From Tubulanus polymorphus (Eukaryota; Animalia; Nemertea): 64,000 nucleotides of DNA. The notes under the pieces were generated by a model that saw nothing but the letters and a program-made list of their open reading frames with translations, searched no databases and was not told where the DNA came from. How positions within the stretch are numbered: position 1 is the stretch's first letter; every line of letters starts with the position of its first letter. A program made the position numbers and the translations under genes. Below are positions 10,185 through 20,280 of this stretch, piece after piece. Where the stretch lies: NCBI RefSeq assembly GCF_964204645.1, contig NC_134032.1, positions 4,550,175 to 4,614,174 on the forward strand, given 5' to 3'.

Positions 10185-10703
10185 TTAGTCGGCCGCCGAG
10201 GGAAACAAAATGCGCGGCGTGATAGGGGGCAGGTCGCCTTTGAGGTACTCTGGTTTTCTTTTTTTCGGCGCGCCTTGGCAGGCAGAGCGCCTTACAGTCT
10301 GGAGTGCTTCTAAATGCCGCCTCCAAATTTCCAAGTTGACTACAAGTCGATGAATTGCAGCCTTAATACTTGGACATTTGGGGGTCTTTACTCTTGACTT
10401 GAAAGCTTCTTCTAGCAGGGAAAAGGCAGAGAGGATTAAAGGGGTGTAAGGATCAGAGTGAGACGGTGGTAGAGTAGCCTTGTAGCATGCGATTTTATCC
10501 ATGAGGTCATTAATCGCGACAAGCCGGGCGTATACGCATTGCGCTTCGACGTTTAGGTTGGTGTCAAACATGGCGCTGCGAATGACCTCCTCGATATGTT
10601 CAGTGCGCGGCAGTAGAGCGTTTATGGAGTGCAGGAGCGTCTGCGCCATGCGGGCGACTTTGTACATGTCAGCAATAGACGGGGGAGTGCGTAAATTAGG
10701 CAT
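10185..10703 (-). CDS. hypothetical protein with NLS-like PKKRK
   Basis: 172-aa ORF; the stop runs directly into poly(T). Confidence 0.65.
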   Translation of the reverse strand: MPNLRTPPSIADMYKVARMAQTLLHSINALLPRTEHIEEVIRSAMFDTNLNVEAQCVYARLVAINDLMDKIACYKATLPPSHSDPYTPLILSAFSLLEEAFKSRVKTPKCPSIKAAIHRLVVNLEIWRRHLEALQTVRRSACQGAPKKRKPEYLKGDLPPITPRILFPSAAD

Positions 10704-10769
10704 GTCTAGTTTTCATATCGGGTCATTATAAAAAAATGACTAAAAGGGAGTGCTGCGCGGCCTGCGCCT

Positions 10770-11756
10770 TTATATGACAGAGAATGTATTGCAGCTGATT
10801 TTAATGCAAAATATGAACTCATAAGAATACTTGAATGAAGGCGTGGCTTTTCGTTTTGCGCTCGAGGGCGTCATTTTGCTGGGCAGGGTTTGTACAACCA
10901 AGATGTTGCCCTGCGCATCATATGAGTGTGTGAGGAAAGAATCATTAATGCTGTCAGGAATCACCGACCGCAATAAAATGCCTAGGTATTTGGCGTCTAT
11001 TTGTATTTTCATTTTGGGTTTGCTGGGTCCTTGAGGGTGTAAGATGTCTCCTGCGAAGAAATCTTTGTCGTCGCCTATGATGGCCAGGTACTTATCATAA
11101 TAGATCACCCGCACTGTGCCCTTTTTGGGGCGCTTGTTCCTGTGAATGTTAATGGGCTCAGAGCCGTGCTTCAGGCGCAAAACAAAGGGGGGAAGGGGCG
11201 AGGGCACTTGCTGAAAGGGGAGCTGCGCCCAGGCAGTGATCTTGTTGATGATGCTGGTCGGGACTGTGACGCAGCTGATGCCCTGGGAGTGCGAGATCTC
11301 GCTGCTGCCTTGGACCAGCGCGCCAGGGAGGCCAGTTTCAGACTCTGCCCACAAAAATTGGCCTAGATTGCCGGGGTAGTATTTTGTTGTATTTTTGAGG
11401 TGGATCATGGGGATTGACTTCGTATTTGTGCCTTTATTAAAGGTGCGCCTTATGACGCCTTGGCCGGTGCCGTCATTGATGTCGAGCATGACTTCTGTGA
11501 GGTCGGGCTGAGGGGCAGATACACAGCCCTTGTCTGAATAGGTATAATGATTCAGATCGGGATGGAAGTGCGTGTTTTCGCGGTGGCTGGTCATGTAAAG
11601 TTGCCAGCCCACTGGGTGTACTCCAGGGCCTGACTCTGCAAAGCCAGTGAGCAGCACTGACTTGTCAGATATGTGTAAGAAATGCACCAAAGGGCATAAT
11701 TTCATCTGGTTAGGGGCCTCGATTAGGACTCGAAACTCCTTTTCATATGTTTGCAT
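10770..11756 (-). CDS. possible PCNA-like sliding clamp/processivity factor
   Basis: Beta-rich 328 aa; the C-terminal IQIDAKYL..ILVVQT..YEFIFCIK pattern resembles the clamp C-terminus; weak. Confidence 0.3.
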   Translation of the reverse strand: MQTYEKEFRVLIEAPNQMKLCPLVHFLHISDKSVLLTGFAESGPGVHPVGWQLYMTSHRENTHFHPDLNHYTYSDKGCVSAPQPDLTEVMLDINDGTGQGVIRRTFNKGTNTKSIPMIHLKNTTKYYPGNLGQFLWAESETGLPGALVQGSSEISHSQGISCVTVPTSIINKITAWAQLPFQQVPSPLPPFVLRLKHGSEPINIHRNKRPKKGTVRVIYYDKYLAIIGDDKDFFAGDILHPQGPSKPKMKIQIDAKYLGILLRSVIPDSINDSFLTHSYDAQGNILVVQTLPSKMTPSSAKRKATPSFKYSYEFIFCIKISCNTFSVI

Positions 11757-11872
11757 CTCAAACTGATACCAGCAATAAAGAAATGATAAACTGAATTATT
11801 GAGGGCGCCGGATGGGCCATAATATGATTAATAATTTATAGATTTTCTTGCTTACATACATTAGACAGAAAC

Positions 11873-12118
11873 ATGCCAAAACACCCGTCATCCAAAACTA
11901 AACCAGAAATGGCGTCACACCCGACAACCACAGAGATTAGTCTAATAAATCAGGGACTTTCGGCCACCCAAGAGACTGAGCCCACTGACTCGCACACCGC
12001 TGCCGGTCAGACCAAGATGTATGAGCCCCCGATCGATTTTACCTACCCAAACAAGCAGGACTTGTTCGCGGACTGGCAAAATGACTTTCTGGACATAGAC
12101 ACTAGATCTCAAATCTAA
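11873..12118 (+). CDS. small acidic hypothetical protein
   Basis: 81-aa ORF after an AT-rich promoter-like stretch. Confidence 0.45.
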   Translation: MPKHPSSKTKPEMASHPTTTEISLINQGLSATQETEPTDSHTAAGQTKMYEPPIDFTYPNKQDLFADWQNDFLDIDTRSQI

Positions 12119-12406
12119 CTCGCACAGTTTCAGCTATGATATTTAAGTCCTTTATGACATTTATCCAAGTATCGTATATCCATGCCGCACTTATGCAAAG
12201 AGAGTATATTTAACAAGATAGTTATCTATAAACGTGAGATTAGTCATTGTATGTTGCGCATAATTAGCATTGTTTCTCGAGGCGACCCCTTGTCTGTAAT
12301 ATCTTTCACATATCATTGCTCTGAATCTCTAAGGTGAGTCTAGCTAGTCATGAGACAGTCCTCCTCCTTCCTTTTATCTTTTTTTTTTGTTTCTCTTCTT
12401 TTTGGT

Positions 12407-12555
12407 GGTCAGGCCCCTGCGTTGATCAGGACCCTGCGTTGATCAGGACCCTGCGTTGATCAGGACCCTGCGTTGATCAGGACCCTGCGTTGATCAGGAC
12501 CCTGCGTTGATCAGGACCCTGCGTTGATCAGGACCCTGCGTTGGTCAGGCCCCTG
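12407..12555. repeat. 17-bp tandem repeat (GATCAGGACCCTGCGTT), 7 perfect copies plus 2 variant flanks
   Basis: Units start at 12424, 12441, 12458, 12475, 12492, 12509 and 12526; GGTCAGGCCCCTG variants at 12407 and 12543. Confidence 0.97.
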
Positions 12556-12613
12556 ATCTCGAGGGTGCTTGAATAAAAAAAAAATATGGGATGAAAGGGT
12601 GCGAAAATCGAAT

Positions 12614-13909
12614 TTACAGCAAATAATTGGGCGAGGGAGATTCATGAAATGAGTTGATGTCTCCTCCGCCTCTCGCTCGGAGCTGCATAATGAGGGGATT
12701 TGTAGAGAGATTACTAGGCTTTGCATGGCTCAGGGCCTCAAGCTGCTCTGGATGATGGAGCCCATACATGATTCGCTCGTAACCTTCTTCGTCGCTTTGG
12801 GCCCTTTCTACGCAAAATTCTACAGCGCGGCTCGAATGGGTATATGATTGCAGGACTGAGTCGCAGAGCATAGGCACATAGATGGGTGCGAGGAACTCTA
12901 TGTACAGTTCTTTCACGATGCGAATCGCCTCTAGGGCCTCTTTGTCTCCGCCGAGCGCGGCGCACCACTCATAGATGCCCTGCACAAATTTGTTGGTGCC
13001 GGCATGCAAGGTTTCGTCGCGCAGGATTTCAGTATTGCCCTTGATGAGCGCCGAGAGCCCTACATAAGCTGGGGAATTGTCCTCTTGGGGCAGGGGCATG
13101 GCATGGATGTCGCGCACCAGATCTTCGAGCGATCCGATTTTAAGAGTGGGCAGGCGCTCCATGACATACTGGTATTGGTTGACGGGGTATAGATAGTCGC
13201 CCATTTGAAATATCATCGCGATCATGAATGGGATGAAGAGGTGCTCGATCGCCTCGGCAAACGCTAGATTTAAATATTTGTGCGGAATGCTGCCTACGCC
13301 GAATTGCTCAGTGATTTGAGCGGCGTGGCTGACTAGGGTGCGGTATGCCGCCTGGCGCGCCGGCAGCATCGTGTGCGCGCAGGCCTTATAGTCGTAGTTG
13401 GGATCAAAGCCCAAGAGCGGCCGCACCAGATCGCGAAAGGCACTAAGGCGCTGATCGCTGTCTTTTTTCCAGCGCAGGGAGATTTGTAGATTCTCTGCAT
13501 CGCTTTCCTTAGTGGGGTCTAGGCGCAGTGCTGCCAAATTAATATAGTAGAGGCTGTACGTGCGCTTGTGGACATTTTCATTGGCCATCTTGTGCGCCAC
13601 AAAGTCGCTGTAATTCTGACCTAAATAGCTGCAGCCAAAGAGCTCTTCTGTGTTTTCGGCCACGATAAAGTCCATCATGATCAGGCTGTACATAAGATCC
13701 ATGAGGGCCTGCGGGGCCTTGCGGTGGGCCAAGATGAGCTGTATCAGGACATTGCCCTTTGGATACGTAATCGTATTGGGGGCCCAAGAGGTGTTGCAGA
13801 TGCGCAAATAGAGCCTGTGGGTTATTTTTTTTATTTCGTCGGCCGAGGTTAGGCCCTGAAAGAGCTCCCCAATTAACTGATCTGTGTTAGTAATCTGATC
13901 GGCCGCCAT
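12614..13909 (-). CDS. ribonucleotide reductase small (R2/beta) subunit, divergent
   Basis: Diiron ligands and radical Tyr: MDFIVAEN, ENVHKRTYS, AIEHLF, RDETLH. Confidence 0.85.
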   Translation of the reverse strand: MAADQITNTDQLIGELFQGLTSADEIKKITHRLYLRICNTSWAPNTITYPKGNVLIQLILAHRKAPQALMDLMYSLIMMDFIVAENTEELFGCSYLGQNYSDFVAHKMANENVHKRTYSLYYINLAALRLDPTKESDAENLQISLRWKKDSDQRLSAFRDLVRPLLGFDPNYDYKACAHTMLPARQAAYRTLVSHAAQITEQFGVGSIPHKYLNLAFAEAIEHLFIPFMIAMIFQMGDYLYPVNQYQYVMERLPTLKIGSLEDLVRDIHAMPLPQEDNSPAYVGLSALIKGNTEILRDETLHAGTNKFVQGIYEWCAALGGDKEALEAIRIVKELYIEFLAPIYVPMLCDSVLQSYTHSSRAVEFCVERAQSDEEGYERIMYGLHHPEQLEALSHAKPSNLSTNPLIMQLRARGGGDINSFHESPSPNYLL

Positions 13910-14816
13910 GGAAAAGTTGGATCAGCATATGACAAAGCTATTTAGCAGCATGTTAACTGGAAAGATATCAAATATCCAGATCATGAGCATCAACCTCGAC
14001 AACCTCATTCAGTCTTCAGAGAATATTAAGCACATGTGCACCAGCATTTGTCACTACGCCACATATGTCTTTAATACCTTGTTCCGCACTGGCAATGACT
14101 TTTTTGCCTCAGTAATGAATATGTTTAAGATATGCATTTTGGAGATGGTGCGGGGCCTGAACACCATGATCGGGGTGGTCAAGGAGTGGAACGCAACTAT
14201 CCACACATACAGCTCTCTATCCAGCAAGGCCATTCCAATCAATGCAGCGAAGGCCCTGTCTAAGCAGTATTTGTCAGTTTTGCAGCACCCTGCGATGCGC
14301 TCGGTGTTTTGGATGTCTACCTATGCCGCGCGGCCCCAAGATGCAGCTGCGGTCGAGTCGATGAACGCCTTTATTGAGCGATTTTCTGCGATTTATATCC
14401 CATGGGGTGTGCCTGCCGAGAATGCCCTCTCGTCGCCTGAGAGCAATTTGTATGGCGTGATGCCCCGCCCTGACAGCCAGGCCTTTGTTACCTTTTTGTG
14501 CGACTTGGCTGGGCAGGCCGATGACATAAGCTCCACGATGCTGTCAGGTATTTTGCAAATGGTGACGCTGCGGTCTGTGATGGAGCCAAAGGGGCGCAAC
14601 CGCGGGGTCGAGGCATTCCACAAAATTATGCATATCTTGGATAACACAGATTCGTACCTGATTATGATAATTTTGCTACATCCCCAGGCCATTACGCGCA
14701 TTTCAACCTGGTACAAACAATACAACATGATTGTGGCGTACACGCAGGACAACAAAGACGATGTGAATATGGGCTGCGCCTATGCCCAGCAAATCTATGG
14801 CAGCGGTGGCTGGTGA
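13908..14816 (+). CDS. hypothetical protein; start interlocked with the R2 start
   Basis: 302-aa ORF followed by a poly(T) run. Confidence 0.75.
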   Translation: MEKLDQHMTKLFSSMLTGKISNIQIMSINLDNLIQSSENIKHMCTSICHYATYVFNTLFRTGNDFFASVMNMFKICILEMVRGLNTMIGVVKEWNATIHTYSSLSSKAIPINAAKALSKQYLSVLQHPAMRSVFWMSTYAARPQDAAAVESMNAFIERFSAIYIPWGVPAENALSSPESNLYGVMPRPDSQAFVTFLCDLAGQADDISSTMLSGILQMVTLRSVMEPKGRNRGVEAFHKIMHILDNTDSYLIMIILLHPQAITRISTWYKQYNMIVAYTQDNKDDVNMGCAYAQQIYGSGGW

Positions 14817-14910
14817 TATGATTTTTTTTTTAGAAATCGGCACAAAAATAGCTTGTCTATGTTCTTCTCTTTAAATAGTGCCAATCATTTGCAAAAACCG
14901 CAGCATCGAC

Positions 14911-15993
14911 ATGAATAATAACTATCTGGAATCACCTCCGTCCCCGCTTGACGAGGAGCAAGGTATCGAGCTCCTCAGCATAGACCGTACAGATGCCCCA
15001 AGCGCGCGGCGAACGCCAAGGATCACCAAAGATCCGCCCTATATAACGCAGGTCGAGTTTCAGGACCTTCGGGCAGAGATCGCGGTCATGAAAGAGTCTG
15101 TGTATCTGCGCCTGCCCCTGGTAACGAGGCTAATCGTATTCAGCCTGATAGTCTCGACGCTGGTGTTTGTTACGGTCATTGCCTTTAGCATCTACCACGG
15201 ACGCGCAGGCCACTTTGAATTTGACCAGAACGATTTGGAGTCCTTGGACAACGGCTTGGAGTCCATAGGCGTGTGGCGCCGCCGCTTAGACTTTGTCGAC
15301 ACTGCTGACAAGTTAATTGAGGGCCGACTCAAGGCTCTAGGCAGGAAAGTGACCCATAACCACAACACCGCGTATGAAGAAGACCAGGCCATTCGCCTGG
15401 TTATAGACTACAAAGTCGAACGGTTCATGGAGAAAGTGATCCAAAAAGACCAGACACTTTCTGACAAGCTAAGCCAGAAAATCATTCGCATTGACAATAA
15501 CGCGCGTGAGAGAGAGTATGCCTTGAAAACTGCCCTAAACACGAAAATCGCCCAGGTCGCGAATGAATCGAGCACAAGAGACGCCGCCTTTAAATCTGAG
15601 CTAACTGCATATAATCAGACATTGGCATCAGCCGCCAAAAAAGCCCCCACTCCTGCGCTCCCAGCCCAAAGGAACAACATAGTGAAAGAGGACAAAGTCA
15701 AAGCGCCGCAGGTCCCTGAGCTAAATGACATAGAGCCAGACCAGAGCGCAGAAGAGCCCTTCGAGAAGTTCGCAGAGACCAGCGGCCTCATCAATCTGAC
15801 GACCGCGAAGATAGAGCCAGAAACCCCCCTGCCCAATGCTGATGGGGCAGGTGCTCCTCGCAAAGAGGCAGCAGAAGATGATGCAATCCCGACTAAAAGG
15901 CCAAGTCCGTCCAAAGAAGAGCCTACAGAAGAGAGCATTCCCCGTGACGATGAAGTGGTGCTAGATGACTTTGAAGGATCAGGCGCTGAGTAG
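14911..15993 (+). CDS. type II membrane protein with coiled-coil stalk and acidic tail
   Basis: TM LIVFSLIVSTLVFVTVIAFSIY, heptads and N-glycosylation sequons. Confidence 0.75.
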   Translation: MNNNYLESPPSPLDEEQGIELLSIDRTDAPSARRTPRITKDPPYITQVEFQDLRAEIAVMKESVYLRLPLVTRLIVFSLIVSTLVFVTVIAFSIYHGRAGHFEFDQNDLESLDNGLESIGVWRRRLDFVDTADKLIEGRLKALGRKVTHNHNTAYEEDQAIRLVIDYKVERFMEKVIQKDQTLSDKLSQKIIRIDNNAREREYALKTALNTKIAQVANESSTRDAAFKSELTAYNQTLASAAKKAPTPALPAQRNNIVKEDKVKAPQVPELNDIEPDQSAEEPFEKFAETSGLINLTTAKIEPETPLPNADGAGAPRKEAAEDDAIPTKRPSPSKEEPTEESIPRDDEVVLDDFEGSGAE

Positions 15994-16150
15994 CTTGAAA
16001 CGAAATGATCAGTGCTTCCGCCCTATATCTGCTTGCAATGAAAATATACTGATGGTGCTGCTTATTTTATATACTAGTTAAGGGCATGCGTCCATGCATG
16101 CTTATTCTATTTTTTTTTTAGATATATATAGTTGTATAAATTAAGTAATA

Positions 16151-16660
16151 ATGATTTTCAAGTATCTGCTGAACAAGTCTGCCAAGGGCCTTGATGAAAC
16201 AGTGGGCGCGCCTGCGCGGAAAGATCTCTCGCAGGTAGCCGGCGTAAGTGACAAGGATGTAGAGGCCGCTGGGCTGCCCAAAGGGGCTGTAGTGGTCCCC
16301 AGCAAACAAAAGGACCCTGCAGCGCCGCCACGACGCCTAGGGTGCGCGCCTGAACTTGTCCTCGTGCTCTTATTTATGATCTTGTCGGGCCTTATGGCAT
16401 ATCAGGTCTTTTCTAAGCAGCCCCCTGCCTCGACCGGCTGTGTGTGCTTTGCGGTTAGTACTGCGGGGGACCCTGCGCCAACTAACTATACCTGCATGAA
16501 GTTTTTCCCATGCCCCAATTTTGAGGGCTTTAGTGTCAGATTGGACAAGGGCAGGGAGTTGCCCACGGGGCTGTGCCTGGGCGACATATCCAAGGAAGCT
16601 TGCCTGAGGGGCGAAGAGGGCTACTTGCCGCAGGTGTACCAAAGGCCAAGAGTGCTGTAG
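16151..16660 (+). CDS. type II membrane protein with Cys-rich ectodomain
   Basis: TM LVLVLLFMILSGLMAY; 6 Cys downstream. Confidence 0.7.
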   Translation: MIFKYLLNKSAKGLDETVGAPARKDLSQVAGVSDKDVEAAGLPKGAVVVPSKQKDPAAPPRRLGCAPELVLVLLFMILSGLMAYQVFSKQPPASTGCVCFAVSTAGDPAPTNYTCMKFFPCPNFEGFSVRLDKGRELPTGLCLGDISKEACLRGEEGYLPQVYQRPRVL

Positions 16661-16794
16661 ATTTGGATTATTTTTTTTTTTGCCTTGTTTGCGGGAGTGC
16701 GAAAAAAAAAAAACATTAAAGACAAGCCGTATAAGGGCTTATAAAAGATTTTGGGCGGTTTGGAAGTGTTTGGAAGACAAGCGTGCATAAGAGC

Positions 16795-17250
16795 CTACAA
16801 GGTCTTCAGCCTTTTCAGCAGTGTTTTGAAGAAAGCCACTGTGCGCTCTTTTAGGGACGAGTCGAAAGAGATGACTTTGCTTTTGCGCCGCACTTTGTGC
16901 AGGATCCTATGGGTGAGACAATCATAGTCAATTACAGTGCTATTCACTTTGCCGCTGCACTTGGCAAATCTCGGGTTAGGAATGCTGCTGTTGGTGGCAT
17001 TCCTGTCCCTTAAGCGCCGAAGGATCACGGCCGGCTCCTTCATGTGGCAGGTCCGCATAGTCAGGGTCAGGCACAAAGAGGCCCCTGCCAAGAGGATCGC
17101 GGTTGCAATCCCTGCAGAAATGGCGACCCAGACCCAGTTTCGAATGGTTGGAGGTCGTGTGACTACCCCCATAGTGAATTCAGATAAACTTCTTGGATGA
17201 TATCGGCCGGTCATGGGTGCAGGCTTTCTAAAAATCATATATGACAGCAT
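16795..17250 (-). CDS. type II membrane protein
   Basis: TM WVWVAISAGIATAILLAGASLCL; NAT, NSS and NST sequons. Confidence 0.65.
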   Translation of the reverse strand: MLSYMIFRKPAPMTGRYHPRSLSEFTMGVVTRPPTIRNWVWVAISAGIATAILLAGASLCLTLTMRTCHMKEPAVILRRLRDRNATNSSIPNPRFAKCSGKVNSTVIDYDCLTHRILHKVRRKSKVISFDSSLKERTVAFFKTLLKRLKTL

Positions 17251-17285
17251 TCCTTAAAAAAATAAAGAGATATTAAACAATGCCA

Positions 17286-17990
17286 TTATGAAGAACTTGA
17301 ACAATTGTGCGGGGCTTTGCGATAATGGCGCATGACCCTTTTGATGATGCGTCTAATTTGGCGGTAGGCGACCTGATGGGCCTGGGCCCGCGCCATTGTG
17401 AGCAGGGTACTGCACTTGACCTCTTGGGTGATGCATTGGAGGCCGTTGATAGGTCCTGCGCTGGGCGGCCGCTCAACGAAGAGCCCGCTTGCGCAGATAA
17501 TCGCGCAGATTCCAAGGGCAAACACTGCTAAGATTGCGATCAGGGGCATGATCATGCCAGTGTGGCACTGGGGCCGCTGCCGGCGGGGCTTTTTGGCGCG
17601 AGGGGCCGAGCGTTTATAGCAGTCCTGATATTCTACGGCTGGGTTTGGCGCGAATGGGCCCCAAGGGACATAGCAGTCATTTGTGCGCACGGTGGGGGTG
17701 CTTTTGATTTCAGAGTAAATGCCGGTGTCTGGCGGGGGGTGCCTAATGAGCTGTGGGGGCCGGGTAGAAGTGGCCATAAAGATAGAAGAGTCCCTGCTTA
17801 GAGGGCGCACTGTGGGCGGTGGACTGCGAGGCGCAGATGAGGCAGTAGAAGTAGATAAGCAGGGCCGTCTGCTTGGTGAGGTCGCTGTGGGAGACAAGGG
17901 TGGGATAGGCGACACAGGGGGCTTTGGCGGGATGGTAGGCATCCTTGGTTTTAAGTTGTTCAGGGCGTCGATGCTGATATAAGTAGTCAT
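17286..17990 (-). CDS. membrane protein with Pro/Ser-rich cytoplasmic region and Tyr motifs
   Basis: PPKPP, IYSEI, TM MIMPLIAILAVFALGICAIIC. Confidence 0.7.
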   Translation of the reverse strand: MTTYISIDALNNLKPRMPTIPPKPPVSPIPPLSPTATSPSRRPCLSTSTASSAPRSPPPTVRPLSRDSSIFMATSTRPPQLIRHPPPDTGIYSEIKSTPTVRTNDCYVPWGPFAPNPAVEYQDCYKRSAPRAKKPRRQRPQCHTGMIMPLIAILAVFALGICAIICASGLFVERPPSAGPINGLQCITQEVKCSTLLTMARAQAHQVAYRQIRRIIKRVMRHYRKAPHNCSSSS

Positions 17991-18089
17991 TCTAGTACCT
18001 ATAAAAGAAACTCGGCCGCAAACATGAATCGGCTATAAAAAAAAATCAATGGTTAATAAAGCATAAATACGAGGAGGCGCTGCCTATGT

Positions 18090-19157
18090 TTATGGGCTGG
18101 CGCCGCAGAGAGTTGTCTGGAGTTTGCGCAGGCACGGGATGTAAAGATCCCACTGAGCCCTGGCCTCGTCGATCAGGGCCTGGAGTCTTAGCTCTGTGGC
18201 ATTGATCTCTTTACTGTTGTCTTTGACATTAATGATCAGTGCGTTGAATCCCTCGATGACATGGGCGGTCCTGTTGCTGTATTCCGCGAGGGTCGGGGCA
18301 TATAGCTTGGTGATTAGGGTTTTGGTGCGATTGGTAGCGGCCGCGAGAGAGTACTGGGTCATTTTGTCTAGAACTATCCGCTCGAGGTAAGGGGTTTTTG
18401 TGCGGATGGCTGCGTCTACTTTGAGGATGGCGAGGGCAGAGTAGTTTGTGGATGCCACGGCGTCTGCATGGGCCTCGGCGATTTGCTTCTCGTTGGCAGC
18501 TGTCATGCGATCTATCTGAGTGCGCAGATCTATAAGGCTCTCGGCAGCGGCGCTCGCAGACACTTCTTTGATTTCGGCCGTGTATGCATCAACATAATCT
18601 TTGACCTTGTCGAGCAGTTCTTCTAGGCGATTGGCGGCATAAAGCTCGCCCTCTTTGCGCAGGGTCTTTGTTTGGTTGGCTGCATAAGCTGCGAGGTGCT
18701 GAATGGTGCTCGTGCGCTTTTTGTGAATGAAGCGGCTGAGGCGGTTCTTCAACTTAATTTCGAGGTCGTCTGCGATATATCCGCTGAGCTGCACTCGGAG
18801 GGGATTGGTTGGCTCTAAGAGGCCTTTGAATTTCTGGGTGATTTGTCTTTCCAAGGCAGCGAGTTTGTTAGCGTGGAGCTGCTGCATTTCTGTGCGCAGG
18901 GTATTATTGTTCTTGGCAAGCTCTTCCAGAAGGCGCTCCCAGAGTTCAGGGGTCAGCTTGTCCAGGGGTGCATCGAAGGACTGAAGAGGGGCTGATAGGG
19001 CCATGTCGCGAGGGGCGCATTGGCGGCAGACCACGCTGGGATCGCCGTTTCTGCTCAAAGCAAGGATAGAGAGCACGCAGGCGATGCCGGCTAAAGCAGG
19101 GCCGAAGAGACCGCTGATGCAGATGTCTGTGCATTTACTCAATCGGGTGGAAGCCAT
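18090..19157 (-). CDS. N-terminally anchored long coiled-coil glycoprotein
   Basis: TM near the N-terminus, extended heptads, multiple NxS/T. Confidence 0.75.
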   Translation of the reverse strand: MASTRLSKCTDICISGLFGPALAGIACVLSILALSRNGDPSVVCRQCAPRDMALSAPLQSFDAPLDKLTPELWERLLEELAKNNNTLRTEMQQLHANKLAALERQITQKFKGLLEPTNPLRVQLSGYIADDLEIKLKNRLSRFIHKKRTSTIQHLAAYAANQTKTLRKEGELYAANRLEELLDKVKDYVDAYTAEIKEVSASAAAESLIDLRTQIDRMTAANEKQIAEAHADAVASTNYSALAILKVDAAIRTKTPYLERIVLDKMTQYSLAAATNRTKTLITKLYAPTLAEYSNRTAHVIEGFNALIINVKDNSKEINATELRLQALIDEARAQWDLYIPCLRKLQTTLCGASP

Positions 19158-19290
19158 GATGACTGGAATTTTGCCAATTCTATTTTATAGGCAACCAATC
19201 AAAAAAAAAATCAATTTGAGCCCCCTGCGCGCCCACAGATTATTCCCTAAATTCAGGTAGATGGGCATTGCGCGATAGTCGTGGATGCCT

Positions 19291-19752
19291 CTAAGGGCGA
19301 GTGCTGCGCCGAGAAAGGGAGCGGTTGCTCCTCGTGCGCTGGCCCTTTGAAATCAGGACGCCTGACTCGCCATCGATCCGTATTTCATTAACGACCTCAT
19401 CGCGCTGCTTTTTTTCCTCCTGGTGCCCTGACGTCTGCTTTGTCTTCCACTCATAATGAACATGATTCACCATGTTGCGCTTCCTATCATTTATGGCATC
19501 AGCCACACTGCCAGGCAGCGCGCTTGGGGCGGAGTCCTGACTAGTAGGAGAGATTTGCCTCAAGAGCGCGAAGACTTCCTCATTAGAGTCTATGGCCATG
19601 CGCAGCTTATGCGAGATCGAGTAAGTCTGAGTCATCACTACGATATTAATGACAGTCATGACCAAGCAGAAGAAAGCAAAGCCGCCGCTCACGAAAGAGG
19701 CATTGCGGGCTTGATTGCTCGCAGAGCGCCCAAAATTGGTCTCTCTAAGCAT
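19291..19752 (-). CDS. type II membrane protein
   Basis: TM FAFFCLVMTVINIVVM. Confidence 0.65.
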   Translation of the reverse strand: MLRETNFGRSASNQARNASFVSGGFAFFCLVMTVINIVVMTQTYSISHKLRMAIDSNEEVFALLRQISPTSQDSAPSALPGSVADAINDRKRNMVNHVHYEWKTKQTSGHQEEKKQRDEVVNEIRIDGESGVLISKGQRTRSNRSLSRRSTRP

Positions 19753-19928
19753 GGCTGGTTCGTGGCTAGGCTAGTAATATAAGCAGAGCGTGCCCTTTTT
19801 TTTAAATCCCTGTCAAATTTGTAGGTTGATTCTAAAAAAAAGATTATATACATGGGGGGGGGATACAGGGGTCAGACCCCGCACACATAGCGTCCACTCA
19901 TACCATTCACATATATATATATAGATTG

Positions 19929-20207
19929 CATTCATCACATTCATTCAGATTTACATTCAGCACATTCATTCAGATTTACATTCATCACATTCATTCAGAT
20001 TTACATTCATCACATTCATTCAGATTTACATTCATCACATTCATTCAGATTTACATTCAGCACATTCATTCAGATTTACATTCGGCACATTCATTCAGAT
20101 TTACATTCAGCACATTCATTCAGATTTACATTCAGCACATTCATTCAGATTTACATTCGGCACATTCATTCAGATTTACATTCAGCACATTCATTCAGAT
20201 TTACATT
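19929..20207. repeat. 25-bp tandem repeat CACATTCATTCAGATTTACATTC(AG/AT/GG) x11
   Basis: Units every 25 nt from 19936 to 20186. Confidence 0.97.
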
Positions 20208-20280
20208 GACAGATATTTATATACAGATTCCATTCAGCACATGCACACCCAGGACCCTGCCACACGCACTCGCATGCCAC

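Noticed and set aside
19929-20207. CRISPR array or telomeric repeat
   Set aside because: There are no unique spacers and no cas genes, the position is internal, and I found no matching template in the adjacent structured element
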